DNA of 64,000 nt from an uncultured Alphaproteobacteria bacterium. GTDB lineage: Bacteria > Pseudomonadota > Alphaproteobacteria > Rhizobiales > Xanthobacteraceae. The stretch is taken from positions 38,108 through 102,107 of the forward strand of contig CAWHUO010000019.1 in NCBI GenBank assembly GCA_963832605.1, written 5' to 3'. Under the pieces are notes generated by a model. The model searched no databases, had not been told where the DNA came from, and saw only the letters and a program-made list of their open reading frames with translations. This document shows positions 10,525-20,549 of this stretch, piece by piece. Each line of letters begins with the position of its first letter. The stretch's first letter is position 1. Made by a program: the position numbers and the translations under genes.

Positions 10525-11292
10525 ATGCATGCACCGATCGAGTTCGCCGAAATCGCCGCCGATATTCTGGCGCGCGTGCGCGCGCGGGCGCCGCGCGTAC
10601 ACTGCATAACCAACAGCGTGGCGCAGCAATACACGGCGAATATGCTGCTTGCGGCCGGCGCGGTGCCGTCGATGACGATTTCGCCCGAAGAGGTCGGTTC
10701 CTTCGTCGCCGCCGCCGATGCCTTGCTGGTCAACCTCGGCACTTTCGATGCCGAGCGTCGCGCGGCGATCGAGGTCGCGATCGATGCCGCCGATGCGGCG
10801 CGGAAGCCTTGGGGCCTCGATCCCGTCTTCATCGAGTTGGCGCCTGCGCGCGCGCAGTTCGCGCGTCAACTCCTTGGCCGCGGGCCGGCGGTCGTGCGCC
10901 TCAACGCCGCCGAGTTTGCCTCGCTCTCCGGCGATGATCCTGCCGGCGACGCGCCGGACCGCCTGGCCAAGCGTCACGCGACGGTCATCGCGCTCACAGG
11001 CAGCTTCGACCTCGTGACCGACGGCCCGCGCCGCTCCACGATTGGCAACGGCGATCCCTTAATGCGACGCGTGACCGCGATGGGCTGCGCCGGCTCGGCG
11101 CTGGTATGCGCCGCACTCGTAGTCGAGGGCGATGCGTGGCTCGCGGCGAGTGCGGCGTTGACCGCGCTCGGTGTTGCCGGCGAAGTCGCCGCGCTGGAAG
11201 CGCGCGGACCCGGCAGCTTCGCGATCGCGATCATCGACGCGCTCTACGCCCTCGATGCTGCGACCTTACGCAAGCGCGCGCGGGTGTCGTGA
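10525..11292 (+). CDS. thiM: Hydroxyethylthiazole kinase
   Basis: 255 aa. VHCITNSVAQQYTANMLLAAGAVPSM and the C-terminal MGCAGSAL region are typical of ThiM. The stop overlaps the thiE start (GTGATG). Confidence 0.9.
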   Translation: MHAPIEFAEIAADILARVRARAPRVHCITNSVAQQYTANMLLAAGAVPSMTISPEEVGSFVAAADALLVNLGTFDAERRAAIEVAIDAADAARKPWGLDPVFIELAPARAQFARQLLGRGPAVVRLNAAEFASLSGDDPAGDAPDRLAKRHATVIALTGSFDLVTDGPRRSTIGNGDPLMRRVTAMGCAGSALVCAALVVEGDAWLAASAALTALGVAGEVAALEARGPGSFAIAIIDALYALDAATLRKRARVS

Positions 11293-11951
11293 TGCGGGTC
11301 GATCTGCGCCTCAACGCCATCGTCGATCCCGAGCGCGCCGGTGGCTACGACCTGGTCGATCTTGCGCGCCGCGTTGCCGCCGGCGGAGCGACGCTGGTGC
11401 AGCTGCGCGACAAGAAAAGCGAAACGCGGGCGATGGTCGACGCGGCGCGCGCGATCAAGGCGGCGCTTGCTCCGTTTGGGGTATCGTTCGTCGTCAATGA
11501 TCGCGTTGACGTGGCGCTCGCGGCGCCGGCCGATGGCGTTCATGTCGGGCCGGACGACATGGCGGTCGAAGATGTGCGCCGCCTGCTCGGGCCGAATGCG
11601 ATTATCGGCCTGTCGATCAAAACGGTAATCGAAGCTGAAGCAGCGCCCGTCGAACTCATCGACTATGCCGGAATCGGCGGTGTCTACACGACGCTTTCGA
11701 AGCAGCAAAAGAGCGCGCCGATCGGGCCGGAAGGGTTCGCCGACGTGGCCGCCGTTCTGCGCAGGCGCAAGCCGCAACTGCCGCTCTGCGGCATCGCCGG
11801 CATTGATGCCGGCAACGCCGCCGCGGTCATCGCTGCCGGGGCCGATGGGGTTGCCGTCATTTCGGCGTTATCGCTCGCACCCGAACCGGCCGCTGCCGCG
11901 CGTGATTTGCGCGAAATCGTCGACAGCATGCTGGCGAAGCGCGGCACGTGA
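11292..11951 (+). CDS. thiE: Thiamine-phosphate synthase
   Basis: ATG at 11292 within ORF 11106..11951. MRVDLRLNAIVDPE...LVQLRDKK...FVVNDRVDVALAAPADGVHVGPDD...IGLS... matches the ThiE fold motifs. Confidence 0.9.
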   Translation: MRVDLRLNAIVDPERAGGYDLVDLARRVAAGGATLVQLRDKKSETRAMVDAARAIKAALAPFGVSFVVNDRVDVALAAPADGVHVGPDDMAVEDVRRLLGPNAIIGLSIKTVIEAEAAPVELIDYAGIGGVYTTLSKQQKSAPIGPEGFADVAAVLRRRKPQLPLCGIAGIDAGNAAAVIAAGADGVAVISALSLAPEPAAAARDLREIVDSMLAKRGT

Positions 11952-11974
11952 TGCGTGCGGCGCCGATACATCAT

Positions 11975-13474
11975 TTACTGATTGCCGAGCCGGTCCTGCG
12001 GTTGCCGAGACGCGCTCTGCGGCGGGCCCATGGTGTTGAACTTTGCCTTCTGTTCGTCGCTCAGCGAATCGTAGAACGCCGCGAGCTTCGGCCGCACGCT
12101 CTTCATGGCCTCCACCATCGCGCTCAGCCGCGTCTTGACGGCGTCGAGCCGAGCCACCGGAGTCTGCGGCATCTGAGTCGGGCATGAGGTCTGCAGCTGT
12201 TCAGCCGCATTTTCTGATGCCTTCTGCAGGCCGTCGAACGCATCCTGCTGCTGCGCGTTTGGCCGCACCACCTGCTCGATCCGCTGCACCGGCAGCTTGG
12301 CGACGTCGCCAGGCTTCGGGCCACAAAGCGCCGCCACATCGCCGCCGGCCGGCGCACCTTGTTCCGCTTGCGGCGCACCGGCTTTGCCGATCCCGTCCAA
12401 TTTTTGCTTCTGCTCGTCGCTCAGCGAGTCGTAAAATTTCTCAAGCGGGTCGCGGACGACTTGCACCGCACTGATCATCGCATCGAGCCGCTGCTCGGCG
12501 GTATCGAGGCGCGCAACCGGTGTCAGTGGAACCGCGGTTGGGCAGGAGGCCTTGACAATGTCGCTGGCCTTGATCGATGCCTCGCGCAGATCGTCCAGGG
12601 CGGCGACCTGGTCGCCCGTCGGTCGCACGTCTTTTCGTATCTGCGCGATCGGGAGGTCAGTCACGCCCGGCGCGAGCCCGCTGCAGCTTTGCTCGGCTGC
12701 CTCATTCATTTGCGCGGCCGCCCGGCGCTCGGCGCCAGTCGTGCCGTAGTAGACGTTTGGAGCACCGGAATAGCCGTAGTCCGGCCCATAGCCGTAGTCC
12801 GGGCCCGAACATGCTGGCGAAGACGAAATCGGGGCCTAACGCCCAGAACGGGTCGTCATAGCCATAGGGCCAGAACGCGTAGGAGAAGACGTCACCAAAG
12901 AGGAAAGGCCAGAATACCGGTCCGGCCCAGCCACCCCAACCGCCGCCCCAGCCCGCTCCCCAAAAGCCGTGGCCCCACCGGTTCCATCCGCGCCCATCGC
13001 CGAATGCGTTGCGGTTGAAGCCGGCGCGATTCAAATTGTACAGGCCGTGGAAATCCCGGGCCGCCAACCGATTGTGAGCGAACTCGCCGCGGCCGGCCAC
13101 GCGGTTGGCGCCGTGTACGCCACGTCCGGCAAAGCCGCGGCCGGCAACCCCGTGACCCACATGGCCGACGTGACCGGCAAACCCATGACCGGCGAAGCCG
13201 TGGCCAGCAAAGCCATGACCACCGAGGCCGTGGAAGCCGCCGCCGTGGAAGCCGCCGAAACCGCCATGGAAACCACCACCGCCATGGAAACCACCACCGC
13301 CATGGAAACTACCCCACCGCCATGGAAACCACCACCGCCGTGGAAACCGCCGCCCCCGTGCCCACCGCCACCTCCCCGTGCCGCTGACGCGTCGGTCGAA
13401 ATACATGCCGCCGCAACGGCGGCACCGGCGAGGAGCGCGATAACAGTTCTGCTCGAAATGGCGCGATTTGACAT
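11975..13474 (-). pseudogene. Secreted Gly/His/Phe-repeat protein with two C-terminal LTXXQ-like (Spy/CpxP-like) repeats; two frame changes (about 13310 and 12800)
   Basis: ATG at 13474 has an AGGAG-like RBS and gives the signal peptide MSNRAISSRTVIALLAGAAVAAA. GGGGFH and GHGFA repeats follow, then an FWPYGYDDPFW motif. Two DSLSDEQK(Q/A)K repeats sit in ORF 11975..12709. The three ORF pieces join cleanly when single-base shifts are allowed. Confidence 0.65.
13100..13380 (-). repeat. Coding tandem repeats (18-nt GGGGFH units and 15-nt GHGFA units)
   Basis: Plus strand shows ccatggaaaccaccaccg reiterated at 13263-13350. One unit is 20 nt (ccatggaaactaccccaccg), which causes the frame change. 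Units of gtgaccggcaaaccc/atgaccggcgaagcc type occur at about 13160-13220. Confidence 0.8.
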
Positions 13475-13728
13475 GGCGCGATCTCCTTGGGCGCCGCAAT
13501 CGGCGCATCCCGCCCCAATCAGAAACTTTTCGCGGGTGCGGAGGTTGCGCGCGATTGTTGTTAAATTTTCGCAATGGTTGCGTTGCAGCAACTGAAAGGC
13601 TGCGATTGTGGTCGGTCGTTCGGATATGGCTGCGTGGCCAAGCGCCGGCGTTGCGTTACATAGACGCGAAGGCAGGCTCGCGATGCGCGGATATCTGACC
13701 GCTTGAAAGCTCAAAGGAGCATTGTGCG

Positions 13729-14524
13729 ATGACAGCCATCGCCTTGACCATCGCTGGCTCGGATTCGAGCGGCGGCGCCGGCATCGAGGCCGATCTTAAG
13801 ACGTTTTCCGCGCTCGGCGTTTATGGTGCCGCCGTCATCACCGCGCTCACAGCGCAGAACACCAAGGGCGTGTTTGCCATCCACGACGTGCCGGCGGATT
13901 TTATTGCCGCGCAGATCAATGCTGTGTTCACCGATCTTGATGTCGGCGCGGTGAAGATCGGCATGCTCGCCAATGCGCCGGCGATCGACGTTGTCGCTGC
14001 CGCGCTCGACCGCTATCGTCCGCGTAACGTCGTGCTTGATCCGGTGATGGTCTCAAGCTCGGGCGCGCGATTGCTGCGTGAGGACGCGATCGGTCGGCTC
14101 CGCGAACTGGTCTCACGCGTGCGCGTGGTCACGCCCAATTTACCGGAAGCCGCGGCGCTGCTCGGCGCGCTCAGCGGCGCGCGACGAAGATGAAATGCGC
14201 AAGCAAGCGCAAGCGCTGCTGTCGCTTGGCGCCGGCGCGGTGCTGATCAAGGGCGGTCACGGCAGCGGGCCGGAGAGCGTCGACCTTCTGGTCGAGGCAA
14301 ATAGCTGCGTGCGCCTGGCCGCGCCGCGTATTGAAACACCCAACACGCATGGTAGCGGCTGTACGCTCGCGTCCGCCATGGCCGCTGGATTGGCCAAAGG
14401 GCTTTCGCTCGAAGATGCGGCGAAACAAGCCAAGACTTATGTGAGTGCTGCAATCGCCGCCGCAGATCGGCTCGCGGTCGGCTCGGGCCGCGGCCCTTTG
14501 CATCACTTTCATGCCTGGTGGTAG
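13729..14524 (+). pseudogene. thiD: Hydroxymethylpyrimidine/phosphomethylpyrimidine kinase, one frameshift near 14180
   Basis: N-terminus IAGSDSSGGAGIEADLKTF...KIGML lies in ORF 13729..14193. C-terminus ...VLIKGGH...THGSGCTLASAMAA...HHFHAWW lies in ORF 14078..14524. Confidence 0.9.
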
Positions 14525-14607
14525 CGCCTGACGCCCGACGACATGGCCTTTCGGGCCACCCGGAAAATTGCTACCGCTTGTTTCAACGGAAAAAGACTTG
14601 GGCGGAG

Positions 14608-15523
14608 ATGACGACAATGTTCTCTACGCTTACCTCCATCGCCACGCTAGCAACACTGCTGGCGGCCGGGCAGGCGTCGGCGGCGGAATATGAGGTCGCG
14701 AACCATGCCGGCCTTGTTTACGCCGAGCACGACGGGACCAAGCTCATCGGAGATCTTTATCTGCCCAAGGGCCGCGAGCAAAGCGCCAGTGCTGGTGGCG
14801 GTTCACGGCGGCGGATGGCAAATCGGCAGCCGCGACTTTTACCGCTACTGGGGCTTGTTCCTCGCCCGCAACGGCTACGCGGTTTTTGCCATCGATTACC
14901 GGCTGGGCAAGCCCGGCGTTTATCCGGCCGCCGTCTACGATGCCAAGGCGGCGGTCCAGTTCGTGCGGGCAAAAGCCGCCGATTACGATCTCGATCCCGA
15001 CCGTATTGGCCTCATCGGCAACTCCGCCGGCGCGCATCTTTCCGCGCTCGTCGCGCTTGCCGGCGACCAATACAATTCCGCTTACCGCGACGATGCCAAT
15101 GCCGCCGTTCCCGCCAACGTCAAGGCGGTGGTCGGTTTCTATGGCGTCTACGATATGCACGCACAGTGGACCCACGATCTCTCCACACGTCCAAGCGATC
15201 TCATTGTCGAGAAATTTCTCGGCACCTCGCCGATGCAGAACCGGCGCATCTATTTCGAGGCTTCCCCGATCAGCCACGCCACCGTCGATCACAATAAAAT
15301 ACGCTTCCTGCTCATTCACGGCACCGATGACGACATTGTCGATCCCCCGACCCAGTCGGGCGCCTTTCTTACCGCGCTGACCCAGGCCGGTTTTTTCGTT
15401 CGGCGAATCATCATTCCCGGCGCCGGGCATTTCTGGTCAGCTGATCCGTTCGAAAACGAGCCGCACAGCTACAGCGCCCTGGCGATCCCGCGGCTGATGC
15501 GATTTCTTGAAGGCTCGCTCTGA
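14608..15523 (+). pseudogene. Secreted alpha/beta hydrolase (esterase/lipase family), one frameshift near 14770
   Basis: Signal peptide MTTMFSTLTSIATLATLLAAGQASA lies in the frame of ORF 14518... HGGGW oxyanion motif, GNSAGAH nucleophile elbow and HGTDD lie in ORF 14690..15523. Confidence 0.8.
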
Positions 15524-15597
15524 CTTGGAAAAGAATTGGAAAGAGGCGGCGAGGCGACCCAACGGCCGCACTAGAGCCGCCATAACACAGGGAGGAA

Positions 15598-16008
15598 ATG
15601 GTCATGCTGAAGTCAATCATGGTGACAGGTGCCGTCGCGCTCGCCGTCACGGCGGCGGTCCTCATCCCGATGCGCAGCCATCAGGCGGCCGCGCAATCGG
15701 GCCCGTTTCAGGTCAATGCGGTCGATATCGATGTGGCGCCGGGCCAGATCGACGCCTATCTGGCGGCGCTCAAGGAGAACGGCGCGGCTTCGGTGCATGA
15801 GCCGGGCTGCCGCGAGTTCAACATCGCGGTCTCGCAGAAGGATCCGAACCACGTGCTGATCTACGAGGTCTACAATGATGCCGCGGCCGCGCAAGCGCAT
15901 CGCGAGACCGATCATTTCAAGAAATACGCGGCGGCCACCAAAGACATGGTCGCCAAGCGCGAAGCTCGGGGCTTTTCCTCGGTCGCGATGAACATGAAAG
16001 GGATGTAA
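15598..16008 (+). CDS. Antibiotic-biosynthesis-monooxygenase (ABM) domain protein with signal peptide
   Basis: 136 aa. N-terminal hydrophobic signal, then a ferredoxin-like ABM domain (...CREFNIAVSQKDPNHVLIYEVYNDAAAAQAHRETDHFKKY...). Confidence 0.7.
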   Translation: MVMLKSIMVTGAVALAVTAAVLIPMRSHQAAAQSGPFQVNAVDIDVAPGQIDAYLAALKENGAASVHEPGCREFNIAVSQKDPNHVLIYEVYNDAAAAQAHRETDHFKKYAAATKDMVAKREARGFSSVAMNMKGM

Positions 16009-16035
16009 TCGGTGTTGAGGCGATCGGACAATCAC

Positions 16036-16964
16036 ATGGCAACAAAGAAAAGGGCGCCGTCGGTGTTGTCGGTCTCGGCATCATGGGCGGCGCGTTCGCC
16101 GAAAATCTCCTCGCCGCGGGCTGGCGCGTCATCGGCTACGATATCGCGCCGGCACGCCGGCGCGCATTGTCGCGGGCCGGTATTGAAATCGCCGCGGACG
16201 CCGGCGAAGTGGCGCGGGCGGCGTCGACTATCATTCTGAGCTTGCCCAGTCCCGCGGCGCTCGCCGCGACGGTCGACGCCATGGTCAAGGCCGACCTGCC
16301 GCGCCGGGTGATGATTGAGGCCTCGACGTTCAAGCTCGAGGACAAGGCCGCCGCCGAAGCAGTGCTGCGCAAGGCCGGCCACGTTCTGCTCGACTGCCCG
16401 GTGAGCGGCACCGGTTCCCAGGCCAAAGTCAAAGACCTCGTCATCTACGCTTCGGGGGGCAGTGCCGAGATCAAGAAGCTGCGTCCGCTATTCGCCGATT
16501 TTACGCGCGCGGTGCAAGACCTCGGCGAATTCGGCAACGGCAGCCGCATGAAGTACGTCGCCAATTTGCTCGTCGCTATCCACAACGTGGCGAGCGCCGA
16601 GGCGCTGGTGCTCGCCATGAAAGCCGGGCTGCCGCCGGAGCTGGTGTACGAGCAGGTCAAGGCGGGTGCCGGCAATTCGCGCGTGTTCGAGCTGCGCGGG
16701 CCGATGATGGTGAAGGGCCGCTATGACGATCCCACCATGAAGGTGTCGACCTGGCAGAAGGACATGGAGGTGATCGGCGGTTTTGCGCAATCGCTCGGCG
16801 CGCCCACTCCTCTGTTCTCCGCGACGCTGCCGATTTATGCCGCCGCCATGTCGACCGGCTACGCCATGCAGGATACGGCATCCACCTGCGCCGTGCTCGA
16901 AGCGATGGCGGGGATCAAGCGCGGCAAGGCGCGAGCGAAACGCCGGCGCAGCCGGGAGCAGTGA
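16036..16964 (+). pseudogene. NAD(P)-dependent 3-hydroxyisobutyrate-dehydrogenase-like oxidoreductase, probable 1-nt indel in an A-run near 16050
   Basis: The Rossmann motif VGVVGLGIMGGA lies upstream of the first in-frame ATG (16083) with no start codon in that frame. ATG at 16036 (MATKK) is one frame off. The rest of ORF 16083..16964 is HIBADH-like. Confidence 0.75.
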
Positions 16965-17206
16965 GATCACGCCGCCAGCAGTGCGGGAATTTTCCGTACA
17001 CTACGGATGATGTGGACGCCCCAGGCGGAACGCGGGCACGTTCGGGAATTTTCGTAATTTCCTTTTTCCTGACCTAGATCAAATCGCTGACCATGGAGAG
17101 GGCGTAGCGTTGCACGCGTCTCTCCGTACACCCGTTCCATCGGTGCGAAGGATTGAAAGCTGCCGGCTCTGCCGTTGCCGACTGCAAAAGAGCAAAGGCC
17201 CGCCAA

Positions 17207-18211
17207 ATGCCCAAAGTTGTGAACTTGGCGCTGCAGGGTGGCGGCAGCCACGGCGCCTTCACCTGGGGTGTGCTCGACCGCCTGCTCGAAGAAGAAGCCC
17301 TACAATTTGAGGGTATCACCGGCACGAGCGCTGGTGCGGTCAACGCCGTCGTGCTCGCCGATGGGCTGGCGGCCGGTGGCCGCGAGGGAGCACGGGATGC
17401 ATTACGGGTCTATTGGCGAAAAGTGTCCGCCCTCGCTGAACGCGGCCTTTTCAGGCCTTCCTTGCTCGATAAGGGCAACCCCGATTTCGGGCTCGAGCGC
17501 TCACCCGGTTTCTGGTTCCTCGAGCCGATGACCTACTTCGCGTCCCCCTATCAGATGAATCCGTTCAACTACAATCCTTTCAAGGACCTGTTGGCGGAGG
17601 CCATCAACTTCGAGCGCGTTCGCCGGCAAACGGAAGTCAAGTTGTTTCTGTGCGCCACCGATGTTGAAACCGCCAAAGTGAAAATATTCGCCGGTAACGA
17701 GCTTCGCGTCGAGCACGTACTCGCTTCCACCTGCCTGCCGCTGCTGATGCAGGCCGTCGAGGTTGACGACCACTATTATTGGGACGGTAGTTATGCGGGC
17801 AATCCCGCGATCTATCCTCTGGTCTATGAATGCGAGACGCGCGACATCCTGATGGTCCACATCACTCCGGCTGAGCGCCCCGGGGTTCCGACCACCTCGC
17901 CGGCGATCATGAATCGCATGCAAGAGATCAGTTTCAATACTGCACTCATTCGTGAAATGCGGATGATCGCATCTTATAACAAGCTGATCGAGCAGGGCAG
18001 GATGAGCGGCGGCAAGCGCATGCTCGTGCATGTAATCGAAGCCGAGGAATTCATCAGAGCGTTTTCGTGGTCAAGCAGATTGAACGCGGACTGGGATTTT
18101 CTGCAGCATCTTCACAGCATGGGGCGCGCGCGCGCCGACCAGTGGCTGGAGGCCAATTTCGAGCAAATCGGTCTCGAAGCGACTGTGGATTTGGACGCCA
18201 AATATTTTTGA
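17207..18211 (+). CDS. Patatin-like phospholipase
   Basis: GGGSHG oxyanion loop, GTSAG nucleophile and the WDGSYAGN catalytic Asp region. ATG at 17207 within ORF 17153..18211. Confidence 0.85.
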   Translation: MPKVVNLALQGGGSHGAFTWGVLDRLLEEEALQFEGITGTSAGAVNAVVLADGLAAGGREGARDALRVYWRKVSALAERGLFRPSLLDKGNPDFGLERSPGFWFLEPMTYFASPYQMNPFNYNPFKDLLAEAINFERVRRQTEVKLFLCATDVETAKVKIFAGNELRVEHVLASTCLPLLMQAVEVDDHYYWDGSYAGNPAIYPLVYECETRDILMVHITPAERPGVPTTSPAIMNRMQEISFNTALIREMRMIASYNKLIEQGRMSGGKRMLVHVIEAEEFIRAFSWSSRLNADWDFLQHLHSMGRARADQWLEANFEQIGLEATVDLDAKYF

Positions 18212-18369
18212 TCGTGATTTGGCAGGGTCGGGTATCTTACGCCTCCCAAGGATTATCATTGCCTTGGCGTTGATGAAATCCGCGCCATAGTGTTGCGTGA
18301 TATCGCCCCGGCCATTATCCCGTCCGCGATAGTGTGGTAAGGGCCGCCAGGCACTGAGAACGAAAAGCC

Positions 18370-19227
18370 ATGGTGGTGCGCCGCCGCATATTTGAACAGC
18401 AGACGTCCCGGATCGCCATCTGGGCGCGCCGGGTCGCGCTGTTTTCGCTCGCCGCGACGGTCATTGCCATCATTATTGTGCGGTCGGGCGCGCTCGACAT
18501 CGTGCCGGCGCTGTCGACGCTGGCCGGCGCATTGGTGCTCGCCGTGGTCGCGATCCTGCTCGCCTTCGCCGCCGGCGTCGCCATCTGGACTGAGGGCGTC
18601 GGCGGGGTGCGCGAGGCGATCACCGCCTTCGTCCTCGGCGTCGCCCTCATTGCCTATCCGCTCTACCTCGGCATCAAGGCCTACCGGTTGCCGGCGATCT
18701 ACGACGTCACCACCGATCCGATCGATCCGCCGCGGTTCGAGGCGATCGCGCGGTTGCGGCCGCGCGACGCCAATCCGGTCACCTACGCGGGTCTCTACGC
18801 CGCGGAGCAGCAGCGCGCGGCCTATTCCGATATCGAGCCCGACCTGACCAATGCGTCGCCGCAAGAGGCTTATGACGCGGTGCTCAAGGTTATCGGCAAA
18901 CGCAAGTGGCACGTGGTCGACGCGCGTCCACCGCAGGATCCGGGAGCACGCGAGGGCCGTGTCGAAGCGATTGCGCGCACACCGATCCTCGGCTTCCGCG
19001 ACGATGTCGTGGTGCGGGTGCGCGCGACGCCGGATGGCGCCCGCATCGACGTGCGCTCGGCCTCGCGCTACGGTCGCCATGATCTCGGTGCCAACGCTGC
19101 GCGCGTGCGTGCGCTCATCGACGACGTCGACGATGTTCTGGCGGCCCCGGTGCCGGAGAAGAAACAACCGGCACCAGCACCCAAGCCCACTCAGGCGGCG
19201 GGCAAGGGCAGTTCGGCCAAACGGTAA
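18370..19227 (+). CDS. Membrane protein with DUF1499-like C-terminal domain
   Basis: 285 aa. Three N-terminal TM helices, then ...GFRDDVVVRVRATPDGARIDVRSASRYGRHDLGANAARVRALI... as I recall for DUF1499. Confidence 0.65.
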   Translation: MVVRRRIFEQQTSRIAIWARRVALFSLAATVIAIIIVRSGALDIVPALSTLAGALVLAVVAILLAFAAGVAIWTEGVGGVREAITAFVLGVALIAYPLYLGIKAYRLPAIYDVTTDPIDPPRFEAIARLRPRDANPVTYAGLYAAEQQRAAYSDIEPDLTNASPQEAYDAVLKVIGKRKWHVVDARPPQDPGAREGRVEAIARTPILGFRDDVVVRVRATPDGARIDVRSASRYGRHDLGANAARVRALIDDVDDVLAAPVPEKKQPAPAPKPTQAAGKGSSAKR

Positions 19228-20123
19228 GTGCCGACGATCGACGGCGGCCCTTCGGTCGTGACGATGCCGCGCGCGACCAAATCCTCAAGATGCGCGAGCA
19301 CGGAGAGCGAAGCCGCGCCGGTAAGCCGCGGATCGAGGCCGATATAGATCGCTCGCACTAGCGTCGGGATATCGGCGGCGCCTTTTTTGAGCCGCCGCAC
19401 GATCGATGCCTCCCGCCCATGCCGATGCTGGATGTAGCTCTGCACAAAGCGCGGCGCGTCGCGCACCGGCCCGCCATGGCCGGGCAGATAGATCGGCTCG
19501 CTCCGCCGCGCCAGCTTCTCCAGCGAGGCCATGTAATCGCTCATCGCGCCGTCGGGCGGGGCCACGATCGAGGTCGACCACGCCATCACATGGTCGCCGG
19601 AGAAGATCAGGTCCGCTTCCTTGAACGCATAAGCCATGTGGTTGGCCGTGTGTCCCGGCGTGGTCACCGCTTCGATGGTCCAGCCTTCGCCGGAAACCAC
19701 CTCGCGGTCGGCGAGTGACATATCGGGGCGAAACTCCATATCGGCGCTGGCATCGAGCCGGCCCGCTTCGCCGGTGTGGAGCGGGCGCGCCAGGCGGTGC
19801 GGCCCTTGCGCATAAACGGTCGCGCCGGTTGCGGCCTTGACCATCGGTACTGCCGGCGAATGGTCGCGATGGGTATGGGTGACGAAAATATGGGTGACGG
19901 TCTCGCCGCGCACGGCATCGAGCAATGCCGCGATGTGGGTGTAGTCTTCCGGACCGGGGTCGACGATCGCGACCTTGCCGCGCCCAATAATGTAACTAAC
20001 CGTTCCTTTGAAGGTGAACGGCCCGGGATTGTTGGCGACAATGGCGCGCACGCCCGGTGCCACCTCTTCGACCCGGCCAGGGACAAGATCGAAGCTCTTG
20101 TTGTATGCGATGTCGTCGCTCAT
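19191..20123 (-). CDS. MBL-fold metallo-hydrolase
   Basis: HTHRDH (HxHxDH) motif, downstream His/Asp ligands and a winged-helix-like C-terminus. ATG at 20123 (MSDDIAYNKSF) within ORF 19191..20300. Confidence 0.85.
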   Translation of the reverse strand: MSDDIAYNKSFDLVPGRVEEVAPGVRAIVANNPGPFTFKGTVSYIIGRGKVAIVDPGPEDYTHIAALLDAVRGETVTHIFVTHTHRDHSPAVPMVKAATGATVYAQGPHRLARPLHTGEAGRLDASADMEFRPDMSLADREVVSGEGWTIEAVTTPGHTANHMAYAFKEADLIFSGDHVMAWSTSIVAPPDGAMSDYMASLEKLARRSEPIYLPGHGGPVRDAPRFVQSYIQHRHGREASIVRRLKKGAADIPTLVRAIYIGLDPRLTGAASLSVLAHLEDLVARGIVTTEGPPSIVGTYRLAELPLPAA

Positions 20124-20256
20124 GCGGGCCTGCGGGGAGGGCGTCGATGTGTAACGCCCGCCGACATAGTCGGTCGGAGCACGCTTGGCAAAGTCGGCGC
20201 GTAAATCGAGGGTGGGGCCACCCGACCCGGCCGCTGAAGTCGCGCGGACGGAGTGC

Positions 20257-20298
20257 CCAAAAAGGATGGAGCCCCGGTGCCGGGATCGCCGGGGCTCC
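20257..20298 (-). terminator. Rho-independent terminator-like hairpin
   Basis: Minus strand reads GGAGCCCCGG-(11 nt)-CCGGGGCTCC followed by ATCCTTTTTGGG. It lies about 250 nt downstream of the recR stop and about 135 nt upstream of the MBL hydrolase start. Confidence 0.55.
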
Positions 20299-20549
20299 AA
20301 GCAATCTCATTCAACACGAATTGTGAGATCGAGATCGCACCCAAGGCCATGCAAACTGTAGGCCAACTCGGGAGAAGCCGCCTTACACCGGGCGGCGGGG
20401 TCTGGACCGGTTCCGAATAGCGCCACCAGCCGCCCGAAGGCCTCGCGTGACAGTATTCCTGGTCGCGCAGCGGGCGCCCGCTGGCTAAATTGCAGGCACT
20501 GGCACGAATCACCCATTCGCGATGGGCGATTCGCCGGCGACCCGGGGGC

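Noticed and set aside
13100-13380. Possible CRISPR-like or VNTR array
   Set aside because: The units are 15-18 nt with no spacers, and they are in-frame coding repeats (GGGGFH / GHGFA). This is not a CRISPR array.
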